Below the pieces are notes generated by a model. It saw only the letters and a program-made list of their open reading frames with translations. It ran no database searches and had not been told where the DNA came from. This document shows, piece after piece, positions 29,966 through 40,282 of a DNA stretch of 53,096 nt (position 1 is its first letter; each line of letters begins with the position of its first letter). Both the position numbers and the translations under genes were made by a program. The stretch is from an uncultured delta proteobacterium (lineage in GTDB: Bacteria > Desulfobacterota > WTBG01 > CAIYCZ01): positions 1-53,096 of the forward strand of contig CAWDOY010000034.1 of the NCBI GenBank assembly GCA_963803975.1, given 5' to 3'.

Positions 29966-31321
29966 TCATGCATTTTCTTTTGCCTGAGTAAATAATTTAT
30001 TGCCTTTATTGTAAATCTGCCAGTTCTTTAAGAGTTCTATGGCTGTATCCAGAGGCGGGTCTTCAGACTCCTTTTTTATCGGGATTAATGATTGTTTCGC
30101 AGCACTTTTATTCTGCGGAGGCTTTTCTTCTTTTACCGGCCCCAGCCCCTTAAAGTGATTCATTAAATCTTTTTCTCTAATGGAGGGAAGTTTCTCAACC
30201 GGGGAAGAGTCTGCTTTTACTTTATCTTCGACTATAATATCAGGCGTAATTCCCTTTTCCTGAATGGATCGGTGGTTCGGGGTAAAATACTTTGCCGTGG
30301 TCAGGCGCAGGCCGGAGCCGTCGCTGAGCGGGATGATGGTTTGAACGGTCCCCTTGCCGAAAGTCTGAGTACCCACGATTACAGCCCTGCCGTGGTCCTG
30401 AAGTGCTCCTGCTACGATCTCTGAGCCGCTGGCACTGCCGGAATTAACCAGCACAACGAGCGGGTAATCGTGTCGCTCGCTCTTCTTTTTCGCATAGAAT
30501 TTCATCTGCTGATCTTCAATGCGGCCTTCTGTGGAAACGATAAGCCCGGAATCAAGAAATTCATCTGATACATTGACCGCCTGATCAAGAAGACCGCCCG
30601 GATCTCTCCGTAAATCCAGAATGAGCCCTTTAATGGGCTGTTTGCCTGATTCGAGATCCTTCAAAGCGCGTTTAAATTCCCTGGTGGTATCTTCCTGGAA
30701 CTGTGCCAGGCGGATATACCCGAATTTATCATCTATAAGCTTATATTTAACACTCTTAATTTTGATAACATTTCGTGTAAGAGTATATTCTTTTGGCTCT
30801 TTCATACCATCCCTGAAGATGGTTATTTTAACCTGAGTCCCCGGGGAACCGCGCATTTTTTTTACCGCATCCATGAGGCTCATATCTTTTGTCAGCTCAT
30901 TTTCAATTTTTATTATTTTATCTCCGGGTTTTACCCCGGCGCGATCAGCAGGAGTGTCTTCTATGGGGCTTACGACGGTGAGGATACCGTCCTTGACGGT
31001 GATTTCAAGACCCAGTCCGCCAAAACTGCCTTTGGTTTCGACCTGGAGCTCTTTATACATCTCAGGAGGCATGAAGGAGGAATGGGGGTCGAGGTTTGCC
31101 ACCATCCCCTTGATTGCATTGTAAACAAGACTCTTCAGATCAATCTGTTCCACATAATTTTTCTGAATAATGGTTAAGACATCAGAAAAAATCTTAAGCG
31201 CTTCATAGTTTTTATAGGTAGTGGCAAAGAGCTGATCTTTATGTCCATCAAATGCCAGCACAGACAGCAGAATGATGACCCCAGTGAGCAGGTATAGGCC
31301 CTTAGTCCTCAACGTCCTCAT
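29966..31321 (-). CDS. ctpA: Carboxyl-terminal processing protease (S41, PDZ domain)
   Basis: LDPHS, GSFGGLGLEI, DLR.DPGGLL, SASGSEIVAGALQD, TFGKGTVQ, GITPDI; SD GGAGG before ATG 31321. Confidence 0.95.
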   Translation of the reverse strand: MRTLRTKGLYLLTGVIILLSVLAFDGHKDQLFATTYKNYEALKIFSDVLTIIQKNYVEQIDLKSLVYNAIKGMVANLDPHSSFMPPEMYKELQVETKGSFGGLGLEITVKDGILTVVSPIEDTPADRAGVKPGDKIIKIENELTKDMSLMDAVKKMRGSPGTQVKITIFRDGMKEPKEYTLTRNVIKIKSVKYKLIDDKFGYIRLAQFQEDTTREFKRALKDLESGKQPIKGLILDLRRDPGGLLDQAVNVSDEFLDSGLIVSTEGRIEDQQMKFYAKKKSERHDYPLVVLVNSGSASGSEIVAGALQDHGRAVIVGTQTFGKGTVQTIIPLSDGSGLRLTTAKYFTPNHRSIQEKGITPDIIVEDKVKADSSPVEKLPSIREKDLMNHFKGLGPVKEEKPPQNKSAAKQSLIPIKKESEDPPLDTAIELLKNWQIYNKGNKLFTQAKENA

Positions 31322-31351
31322 ATTGGTTAGCCTCCCGGACAATCAGTGTAA

Positions 31352-31430
31352 TTAGCAGGCTGTTGAAAAACGCCCATCTGCGGCGTTTCCCAACAGCCTG
31401 GGAAAAACAACTTTTTCAACAACCTGTTAA
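31352..31430. mobile_element. Small MITE-like inverted-repeat element
   Basis: TTAGCAGGCTGTTGAAAAA (31352-31370) and TTTTTCAACAACCTGTTAA (31412-31430) are 17/19 inverted repeats; a further internal copy CAACAGCCTG lies at 31391-31400. Confidence 0.6.
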
Positions 31431-31575
31431 ATCAACCCCATGCATCTATAGTGCGCGGGCAATCGACAACCGGTAATGTTTTTCAACATTCATGTATAAT
31501 AAAATTTATACTGAAGTAAAATTTTTAACATGCCATTAAAAAATAGGCAAGGAATTTTAATAAAGATGATACTTC

Positions 31576-31604
31576 TTGACTCAAAAATACCTTTTCAGTA
31601 TACT
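31576..31604 (+). promoter_or_regulatory. Sigma70 promoter
   Basis: TTGACT-N17-TATACT. Confidence 0.7.
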
Positions 31605-31766
31605 ATCAAGACTTATAAAAGACGTCTCTGCAACCGCTCTGCAGCAGAGCTCTCGCGAAGGAAAATAATCAGGATAGCGATGTAAAATTAGGTTGCAATT
31701 TTAAAATGGCGCATTACTATAAAATACAGCAGAAGGTTCTTGGAAAAAATCGGAGTGAGTTGATAT

Positions 31767-32336
31767 ATGAGCACATTGACGTATCTTAAATATTTTATTC
31801 GGGATAAAAATGTAGCGTCAATCACTCCTACATCCCCGTTTGGCGTGCGCAAAGTATGCGAAAAGATCGATTTTAAAAAACGCAACGTGATTATTGAATT
31901 TGGCCCGGGGAGCGGCGTATTTTCAAAATATATTTTAAGAAAAATGACCAGGGACTCTAAGCTCATCCTCATTGAATTAAATAAAAACTTTGTGACCATA
32001 TTGCAGAATAGAGTAAAAGACCAGAGAGTCGGCATATTTAACGACAATGCTGAAAACGTGCTCGATATACTGGAGTCTGCACATGAACTGGGTGCAGATT
32101 ATATCATTTCCGGAATACCCTTTTCCTTCATACCCTTTAGTACAAAAAACAGCATTCTGAACAATACGTATCTGGCATTACGAAACGGTGGAAAGTTTCT
32201 GGTCTATCAGCATTCCAACCATTTGAAAGACTACCTGAAGCGCCATTTTGATATGGTGCGCATTGAACATGAAATCCGCAACATCCCGCCTTTATGCATT
32301 TATGAGGCAATCAAATTCAGCTCCCAGCCACGTTAA
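31767..32336 (+). CDS. Class I SAM-dependent methyltransferase (phospholipid N-methyltransferase PmtA-like)
   Basis: VASITPTS, IEFGPGSGVF, IELN, IISGIPF, NIPP motifs. Confidence 0.82.
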   Translation: MSTLTYLKYFIRDKNVASITPTSPFGVRKVCEKIDFKKRNVIIEFGPGSGVFSKYILRKMTRDSKLILIELNKNFVTILQNRVKDQRVGIFNDNAENVLDILESAHELGADYIISGIPFSFIPFSTKNSILNNTYLALRNGGKFLVYQHSNHLKDYLKRHFDMVRIEHEIRNIPPLCIYEAIKFSSQPR

Positions 32337-33523
32337 TCACCTTTAATTGTTTCAACCTTGAGCAGATAATATTTCAGGTATTCGGTTTCAAGAATATTCA
32401 ACACCACCGGATGATCAGGGGACTGCATTCCCTTATGTAATACGGTTATCAGCCTGTCGGTATTCTCTGCAGCACTGTAAACTATTTTTTTAAAGTCCTC
32501 TTCATAAATAATCTGGGTGCAGGATGATGTGGAAAGAAGGCCACCGGGCCGGGTGATCTTCATGGCCCTGAGATTTAATTCCCGGTAACCTTTGATGGCT
32601 TGCTGCCTGGTATCCCGTGCTTTCGCCAGTGACGGCGGGTCTATAATGGTAAAATCAAACAGCAGCTGTGCCTTATCAAGCTTGCGCAGATAATCAAACG
32701 TATCAGCCAGTATCAGCTCATACCGTCCCCGGTCAAACCTGTTTAACACAAGTGTTTCCTCAAGTACATCAAGGGCCCGTTGCGAACAGTCTATAAAGGT
32801 AACATGCTGAGCGTTTCCGTACAGGGCATGTATGCCGAAATTCCCGGTATAGGCAAACGCATCCAGTACGGTTTTATTTTCAGCATAACAACGTACTGCT
32901 GCAGCATTAAGCCTTTGATCAAGAAAAAAACCGGTTTTTTGCCCTCTCGTATCAGCAAGAAAACATATGCCATTCATTGCAAAAGGAATAATTTCAGGGC
33001 CAAGACCGTAAACCCATCCGATTGCGGGAGCGAACCCCTCTTTGTGAGCACTTTTTTCATTGTCTTTAGCATATATTCCCTGCGGCTGAAAAATGTCTGC
33101 CAGTACGGAGATTATATCTGACCGAAATAAATGCATTCCCAGGGTAGTGATCTGCATCACCAGATAATCTGAAAATTTATCTACTATCAAACCCGGGAGC
33201 CCGTCGGCCTCACCGAAAATGACCCGGAATGATGTTTCTGAAGCAGAGAAGATGTTTTTTCTGTAAGCAAGAGCCCGGGCAATTTTAACCGCAAAAAAAG
33301 ATTTATTCAGAGTTTCATCTTTCCTGGTAAGTATGCGCACCCGGATACGTGAACGAGGATTATAGTATCCTTTGCCTATAAATGTTGTTCCCCAATGCAG
33401 GCTGACAATTTCTCCCGCTTCAGGACTGCCGGTTACCCGCTCAATTTCATTGTCATATACCCAGGGATGCCCTTTTAAAATACGCGATTTTATATTTTTT
33501 TTCAGATGTACCAGGGTGTTCAT
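32333..33523 (-). CDS. rlmI: RlmI/RlmK-type 23S rRNA methyltransferase (PUA + SAM domains)
   Basis: GHPWVYDNEI, GEADGLPGLIVD, GQKTGFFLDQR, DPPS, DHP, TEYLK. Confidence 0.88.
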   Translation of the reverse strand: MNTLVHLKKNIKSRILKGHPWVYDNEIERVTGSPEAGEIVSLHWGTTFIGKGYYNPRSRIRVRILTRKDETLNKSFFAVKIARALAYRKNIFSASETSFRVIFGEADGLPGLIVDKFSDYLVMQITTLGMHLFRSDIISVLADIFQPQGIYAKDNEKSAHKEGFAPAIGWVYGLGPEIIPFAMNGICFLADTRGQKTGFFLDQRLNAAAVRCYAENKTVLDAFAYTGNFGIHALYGNAQHVTFIDCSQRALDVLEETLVLNRFDRGRYELILADTFDYLRKLDKAQLLFDFTIIDPPSLAKARDTRQQAIKGYRELNLRAMKITRPGGLLSTSSCTQIIYEEDFKKIVYSAAENTDRLITVLHKGMQSPDHPVVLNILETEYLKYYLLKVETIKGD

Positions 33524-33609
33524 AAGAGTCTCGAGGAAAATAATTATTGTTAATTACCGGACTTGTCTTATATCATACTGCCTATAAAGAAACAAAGGTA
33601 GTGTAAACT

Positions 33610-34333
33610 ATGAAAACCGTGCTTGATAAAATTAAAATAATCCTCGTGGGAACTCTTGCTCCGGGGAATGTTGGTTCTGTTGCACGGGCAATGAAGAACA
33701 TGGGCATAGCGCGCCTGTGCCTTGTCAGCCCGCAATGCACCTTGAACGAAGAGGCATTCCGGATGGCAACCAGTGCCGGGAAATATCTTGCAGGCGGCAC
33801 AAACAGCAGACACGCTTCGCGAAGCGATTGCGGATGCCGGATATGTATTCGGCACCACTGCCCGGGCAAGGCGCCTGAGACCGTGCATCTTTCCTCAGCA
33901 CATGGGAGAAAAGGTTGCGGAGCTGATACCGAATAATCAGGTAGCACTGGTGTTCGGGCCGGAAGACCGGGGCCTCTCCAATGAGCACTTGGAGCTCTGC
34001 AATGAAATTGTATCAATACCTGCAGCCAGAGGGGGGAAATCTCTGAACCTGTCCCATGCGGTCATCATTATGTGCTATGAAGTTTATCGTGCCGTTCAGG
34101 GCGGGGTATCATATGAGACGCCGCGGTTATCTCCGGCAGGCGAGGTCGAGAATATGTATGACCATATGCGCAGCGCTCTGCTTGAGATAGGATATCTGGA
34201 TAAGCAGAATCCAGACATTACTCTTGGCAGCTTCAGAAGAATCCTGACCAGGGCGGGTCTTACCAGAGACGAAGTCAAGCTCATCCGCGGCGTCTTCAGA
34301 CAGCTGTTGTGGTATATAAAAAAGAAAACATAG
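33610..34333 (+). CDS. trmJ: TrmJ/LasT SPOUT RNA methyltransferase; frameshift near 33780
   Basis: GNVGSVARAMKNMG, GTTAR, VFGPEDRGLSNE, SLNLSHAV; ORFs 33610-33936 and 33773-34333 join. Confidence 0.88.
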
Positions 34334-34335
34334 GG

Positions 34336-36613
34336 TCATATTTTATACGCTCTGCGGGCAATCACTGCCTGCCCCAGGGAGATGCCCCCGTCATTGGTCG
34401 GTACCTGTTCATGGGTCAGCACGGTAAACCCTTTGCTGCGCAGCAGATCAACACTGCGCGTGAGGAGATACAGGTTCTGGAATACCCCGCCGCTTAATGC
34501 AACCAGCTTAATGCCTTCTTTGCAGGCTCAACCGGCCGCAGATATCCGCGATTACCTGCGCAATTGTGTTATGGAAGCAACAGCTTATAAATGATACGGG
34601 TTTACCCTGGAGGACATCATCAACGATCGCTGCTATCATCGGCTCAAAGGATATAATGAAGTCAGGTCCTGCTGCCTGCGCAGCAACCTGATACTGATAG
34701 ACAAGGTCGTGGGGTTCATCAATCGCCATCTCCAGTTCCATGGGAGCCTGGCCCTCAAAGGTCATTACATCGCGCAGCCCCGCCAGAGAAGACACTGCAT
34801 CAAACAGCCTGCCGCAGCTTGACGTGAGCGGGGAATTGATTCCCCGGTCGATCATGGTCATGAAGGTCTGAACACGATCAGAGTATTTTTGCAGGAGCGG
34901 AAGATTAAGACCCGGCAGTTTCTCCTTAAAGGTCCGGTACAGATAGCTGATAGCCATCCGGTACGGCTCCTTTGCCGCCGCATCACCCCCTGGCATGGGG
35001 ACGTATGCAAAGTGCGCCCTGCGTTTATAGTGTGAATAATCAAAGGTGAAAAATTCGCTGCCCCAGATGGCTCCGTCATCGCCATAGCCGGTTCCGTCAA
35101 AAGCAACACCTATTGCAGGTCCGTCAACGCCATGTTCTGCAAGACATCCGGCTACGTGGGCAAAATGATGCTGCACGCCGACAGCACGGCTATAGTTCTG
35201 CTCCAAAGCATATCGTGTAGCACGGTAGTCAGGATGAAGATCATAGGCTATAACTTCAGGCGCTACCTGCAGAATATTTTTAAGATGCTCTATTGATTCA
35301 ATGAAAATTCTATCAGCCTCAACACTTTCCATATCCCCGATATACTGGCTTAAGAAGGCGACCTTACCTTTGGTGAAGCAGATGGTATTTTTCAGCTCTG
35401 CGCCGCAGGCAAGCACCTCGAGGCCATCTTCAATAAGCGGCAGAGATAGAGGAACCATTCCTCTTGAGCGCCTCAGAATGGACAGTTTACCGGCCGCAGT
35501 GCGCACGATAGTGTCATCTGCCCTGACATGAATGTCCCGGTTGTGCATCAGGAAATAATCTGCAATGCCCTGCAGCCGCTCGAGCGACTCCTGATTGTCT
35601 TTGGTGATAGGCTCGTCGGTTATGTTGGCACTGGTCATGACCAGTGCATCAAAGCGGCTTTTGAGCAGAAGGTGGTGAACGGGGGTATAGGGAAGCATGA
35701 TGCCGAAGAATTGATTGTGCGGGGCAACTGATTCTGCAATGCCATGGCCCGGTCTTTTTTTGAGCAGCAGAATGGGTTTGAGTTTTGATGTGAGAATTTC
35801 CTCTTCCTGCGGGGAAATTAAACATACCTGGCGCGCCCGTTCGATATCGCGCACCATTATGGCAAAAGGCTTTTCTTCGCGCAGCTTGCGCGAACGCAGA
35901 CGCAGCACGGCCTCCTCGGAGGCTGCATCAACAGCAAGGTGAAATCCGCCCAGGCCTTTCACGGCAAGAATGCTTCCTTGCAGGAGCAGAGCGATTGTTT
36001 CCTGAACAGGGTCTGCTGCCTTTATTTCACCACCGCGCTCATTAAGAAGCATCAGGCGCGGCCCGCACTGCCAGCAGCCGATCGGCTGGGCATGAAACCG
36101 GCGATTAAGCGGGTCATGATATTCCTGTTCACACTCAGGACACAGGGTAAAAGGCTGCATGGTTGTCTTGTCACGGTCGTAGGGAATATCCTTAATGATG
36201 GTGAAGCGGGGGCCGCAGTTGGTGCAGTTTATGAACGGATAGCGGTATCTTCTGTCGGCAGGGTCAAACAGCTCCCTGAGACAATCATCACACACATCGC
36301 TGTCAGGGGAAATAAACGGCACCCGGTCTGCGAGCGTTTTACTTTCATGAATGGCAAAAATATTATCACCAATAAGCGGAATTTCCTTCTGCAGGATGGA
36401 GAGGATACGGGACAGGGGAGGGGGGTTATTTTTTACCTGAGAGAGAAAATTATTGAGCGACTCTTCCGAACCTTCTATTTCAATTTCTACACCCCGGGAG
36501 CTATTCAGCACCCAACCGGACACGCTGTGTTCACGTGCAAGAGAAAAAATAAAGGGGCGGAAGCCCACCCCCTGTACAATTCCCTCAATCTGCAGGTTTA
36601 ACCGTTTCAGCAT
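34336..36613 (-). CDS. hypF: Carbamoyltransferase HypF; frameshift near 34520
   Basis: GIVQGVGFRPF, CTNCGPR, RFHAQP, KGLGGFHL, QHH; the C-terminus LSGGVFQN...NDGGISLGQ continues in another frame to TGA at 34336. Confidence 0.95.
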
Positions 36614-37282
36614 GCTTCACCATAAGCAGCAGCCCATTTATTGAGAAGCCAGTTATACCAGGTGCTCAAGCCATCGCCGGTTTTGCAGGAAAACTCAAAA
36701 ACCGGTGCATGCGGGCAGATGCGCTGCAGATTATCCCGGCACTGATTAAGATTGAAATCAACATGCGGCAACAGGTCAGTTTTGTTGATGCACACGCAGT
36801 CTGCATGCTGGAATATGGGGGGATATTTAAGAGGCTTCTCCTCGCCTTCAGCCACGCTCAGCAGAACAACTTTCAGGTGTTCCCCGACATCAAACGTCGC
36901 CGGGCACACCAGGTTGCCTACGTTTTCAATAAACAGGATATCAGTCTGTATCAAGGGGAAGGCTTTTAAGCGACTGCTGCACCATATGCGCATCAAGATG
37001 ACAGGCAGTCCCGGTGTTGATCTGCACTACCGGCACTCCCGCCCTGGCAATTCTCAGCGCATCTGCTTCTGTCTGAAGGTCGCCAACAGTGACCGAGACA
37101 TTGATCTTTTCCTTCAGTACGCTGCAGGTATTAACGAGAAGCGCTGTTTTCCCGGAGCCGGGGGAACTGAGAAGGTTAATCGCCAGAACCTTGTGCTTTT
37201 TAAAGAGCTCCCTGTTCTCTGAAGCTGCGATTTCATTCTTTTTCAGTATTTGCGTGTCTATGGTGATAACTTTTGTTGTCAT
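36607..37282 (-). CDS. hypB: Hydrogenase nickel incorporation GTPase HypB; frameshift near 36955
   Basis: SSPGSGKT, CHLDAHM, ENVGNLVCPA, KPLKYP, NKTDL. Confidence 0.93.
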
Positions 37283-37374
37283 AACTCCAGGGTCCTGTGC
37301 TTGATGCATTCACTTGTAAGACATTGCGCTTACATTTTTTACTGATGGCTGACTGCTGAAAGCTGATAGCTCTC

Positions 37375-37722
37375 TTATGCTTCTTCCACCTCAATTTCTT
37401 TTATGGTTAATTCGTTTCCGGAAAGGAATTTAAGGTCAGTGCCATTACACTGCGGGCACAAATAGCTGTAATCATGCACCTCAAACTTTATGAAACATTT
37501 CTCGCAGGAAGCGCTAACCGGCACCATCCGTATGGACAGTGCTGCCCCTTCAATGGCTGAGCCTTTAGAGCAGATATCATAGGCAAACTCGAGGGCATCC
37601 TGGATGACGCCGCTCATGACACCCACTTCAAGCAGTATTTTATTCACCTTCTTATAATTACCTTTTAAAAGAAATTCTTCTATCTGGGGTATAAGATTTT
37701 GTATAATTGAAAATTCGTGCAT
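37375..37722 (-). CDS. hypA: Hydrogenase nickel metallochaperone HypA
   Basis: MHE N-terminus, two CxxC motifs, GNEL. Confidence 0.95.
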   Translation of the reverse strand: MHEFSIIQNLIPQIEEFLLKGNYKKVNKILLEVGVMSGVIQDALEFAYDICSKGSAIEGAALSIRMVPVSASCEKCFIKFEVHDYSYLCPQCNGTDLKFLSGNELTIKEIEVEEA

Positions 37723-37800
37723 TAAAAAGCCTGCAGCTTTCAGGTCAGTATCAGCTGCATTAGCTGTACTGTATTTACCGCTGTTTGTACGTCGCTGTTA

Positions 37801-38811
37801 TTAACAAATGCGCGGCAATTGTTCGCCGGCAAGCATATCAACGATACGGCTTCCGCCCACCCTGGTTTTAAGAATTACCTTGCGGGGAGACTTTTCCGTA
37901 ACCATGCCGATTGCTGCCGCATCTTTACCATACCTGCAGCTGCGCATTATTTCGAGAATAGTTTCTGCTCTGTCCGGAGCAACAACTGCAATCAGTTTAC
38001 CTTCATTGGCAATATAGAGGGGGTCCAGACCAAGGATTTCAGATGCTCCGGCAACCGCTGGCTTTATTGGAATGGCCTCTTCATTGATAATAATGCCGAG
38101 CTGCGACTGCAGGGCAATTTCGCTGAGTGTCGTTGCAATGCCGCCCCGGGTTGGGTCTCTCATAAAGCGCACTGCGCCGGACTCTGTCATTATTCGTGCC
38201 GTCATTTCATTGAGCGGAGCGGTGTCACTGACGATGTCCGCTTTCAGCTCAAGGCCCTCGCGTTCAAGCATGACGGCAATGCCGTGATCTCCGATGCTGC
38301 CGCTCAGCAGTATGGTATCACCCGGCCGGATATTTCTTATAGTGAGTGGCGCTTCAGTGAGGAGCGTGGCAACTCCTGAGGTAGTAATAAAAATCTTGTC
38401 TGCGCTGCCGCGCCCGACTACCTTGGTATCGCCGGTCACCACCATAACCCCTGATTCAGCCGCAGCGTCTGCGATTGACTGTACGATAATCTCGAGCTTG
38501 TCGAGGGGAAATCCCTCCTCAAGAATAAACGAGAGGCTCAGGTAGCGGGGTTTTCCGCCGCATACCGCAAGGTCATTGACGGTGCCGTTCACGGCCAGCC
38601 GGCCAATGTCTCCCCCCGGAAAAAAGGGAGGGTCAACCACATACGCATCGGTAGTGAAAAGAATTTTATCTGTATCCACGGGAAGAAGCGCTGAGTCAGT
38701 CAGCTCACTGAGGAAGTTATTGCGGAACCTCGGTACGAGCAGGTCGTCGATTAGCTGGTGTGTTGCTTTTCCGCCGCTCCCATGAGCAAGCAGGATTACC
38801 TTGGAATTCAT
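37801..38811 (-). CDS. hypE: Hydrogenase maturation protein HypE
   Basis: AHGSGG, FFPGGDIG, GDTKVV, RDPTRGG, C-terminal PRIC. Confidence 0.95.
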   Translation of the reverse strand: MNSKVILLAHGSGGKATHQLIDDLLVPRFRNNFLSELTDSALLPVDTDKILFTTDAYVVDPPFFPGGDIGRLAVNGTVNDLAVCGGKPRYLSLSFILEEGFPLDKLEIIVQSIADAAAESGVMVVTGDTKVVGRGSADKIFITTSGVATLLTEAPLTIRNIRPGDTILLSGSIGDHGIAVMLEREGLELKADIVSDTAPLNEMTARIMTESGAVRFMRDPTRGGIATTLSEIALQSQLGIIINEEAIPIKPAVAGASEILGLDPLYIANEGKLIAVVAPDRAETILEIMRSCRYGKDAAAIGMVTEKSPRKVILKTRVGGSRIVDMLAGEQLPRIC

Positions 38812-38872
38812 AGTATTAAGTCTTTTATCCTGTACTCTGTCCGTCTGATCGTCTATTTTTTGAACGTCTGTC

Positions 38873-39970
38873 CTAACCCTCGCCGTATTTATAATGGGCG
38901 GCACAGGTTCCCTCCGGTGAAACCATGCACGGGCCCACAGGTGCCAGCGGTGTACAGACGGTGCGGAACAGGCCGCATGTCTCAGGCTCGCGCTTTCCTT
39001 TTATGACCTCTCCGCACAGGCACCCGGGGTGCTCGTGCTCCTCCTCACAGGCAATTTGAAAAACTGAGCCGGCATCAAAGCGCTTATACCCTTTTGCAAG
39101 CGACAGTCCGCTTTCAGGTACTATGCCGAGGCCTCTCCATGCAGCATCGGTTTTTTCAAACACCTCTGCCAGTAGCCTGAGGGCAGTCGTATTTCCTTTC
39201 TGTTTGACTACACGGGAATACTGGGTCTCGACCCGTGGGCTGCTGTTAAGAATCTGCTGCAGGAGCATCCAGATACCCTGAAGAATATCGAGCGGCTCAA
39301 ACCCGGTTATGACACAGGGAATCCCATAGTCCCGTGCCAGAAACTCATACGCATCAGAGCCGATAATAGCACTGACATGAGCCGGGCAGATAAAGCCGTC
39401 TATCTGCAGTTCCGGGTCTTTGACCAGAAGCATCATGGCTGGAGGGATCAGCTTATGGGCGCAGCTCACAAAGAAATTAGAAATATCAAGCTCCTGCGAT
39501 TCAAGGAGTGTTCCGGCTATGGTTGGTGACGTTGTTTCAAAACCTACTGCCAGGAATATAACCTTTTTATCCGGGTTTCTTTGCGCGAGGGCGAGGGCAT
39601 CAAGCGGGGAGTAGACGGTGCGTATGTCGTTTCCTGCTGCCCGCTCTCCAGCGAGCGTTGCTGAAGATCCGGGTACATTGAGCATATCACCAAAGGTGGT
39701 AACGATTACATCATCAAGGCGGGAAAAAGCGATTGCCTGATCTAGGTACGAGTTAGGGGTGACGCAGACCGGGCAGCCGGGACCAGACAGCAGTTTTATG
39801 GAGGAGGGGAGAATCGTTTTGATCCCGTGCCGGTAGATCGACATGGTGTGCGTGCCGCATACTTCCATGAGACAGACCGGTCGGCCAAGATGAGCCATCG
39901 TCTGATCTATTTTTCCTGAGAGGTCACGGGCAACATCCGCATTTCTAAACTCGTCAACGAATTTCATCAT
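38873..39970 (-). CDS. hypD: Hydrogenase maturation protein HypD
   Basis: MEVCGTHT, GPGCPVC, GFETT, C-terminal CMVS.EG.C. Confidence 0.95.
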   Translation of the reverse strand: MMKFVDEFRNADVARDLSGKIDQTMAHLGRPVCLMEVCGTHTMSIYRHGIKTILPSSIKLLSGPGCPVCVTPNSYLDQAIAFSRLDDVIVTTFGDMLNVPGSSATLAGERAAGNDIRTVYSPLDALALAQRNPDKKVIFLAVGFETTSPTIAGTLLESQELDISNFFVSCAHKLIPPAMMLLVKDPELQIDGFICPAHVSAIIGSDAYEFLARDYGIPCVITGFEPLDILQGIWMLLQQILNSSPRVETQYSRVVKQKGNTTALRLLAEVFEKTDAAWRGLGIVPESGLSLAKGYKRFDAGSVFQIACEEEHEHPGCLCGEVIKGKREPETCGLFRTVCTPLAPVGPCMVSPEGTCAAHYKYGEG

Positions 39971-40190
39971 CTTCCTGCAACAGGGCAATCTGCTCCATTA
40001 ACTTTAAAGTTTCCTGTGCTTCGTGCTCATCTATTGTTTCAATGGCAAAACCGGCATGAACCAGCACATAGTCACCGACGCCGGCATCTTCAATCAGGCG
40101 CAGGCTGATTTCACGCGAAACTCCGCCGGCTTCAACCGTGGCGCTATGACCGTCTTTATTGATAATCTTCATGGGAAAAGCAAGGCACAT
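39954..40190 (-). CDS. hypC: Hydrogenase chaperone HypC
   Basis: MCLAFP N-terminus, VGDYVLVHAGFAI. Confidence 0.95.
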   Translation of the reverse strand: MCLAFPMKIINKDGHSATVEAGGVSREISLRLIEDAGVGDYVLVHAGFAIETIDEHEAQETLKLMEQIALLQEDDEIR

Positions 40191-40282
40191 GATAGTCTCC
40201 CGTCATAAAAATAGTTATACCTGTAGATAACATATTTTCACAGTGTTTCAAGATTATATTAAATTTATTAAAAAAAAGAAAT

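Noticed and set aside
31605..31700. SAM-I riboswitch (ATCAAGA...GCAACC...GGTTGCAATT upstream of a methyltransferase)
   Set aside because: No P2 kink-turn or pseudoknot; the P3 stem pairs perfectly and lacks the SAM-binding bulge; ATCAAGA lies at or before the predicted TSS
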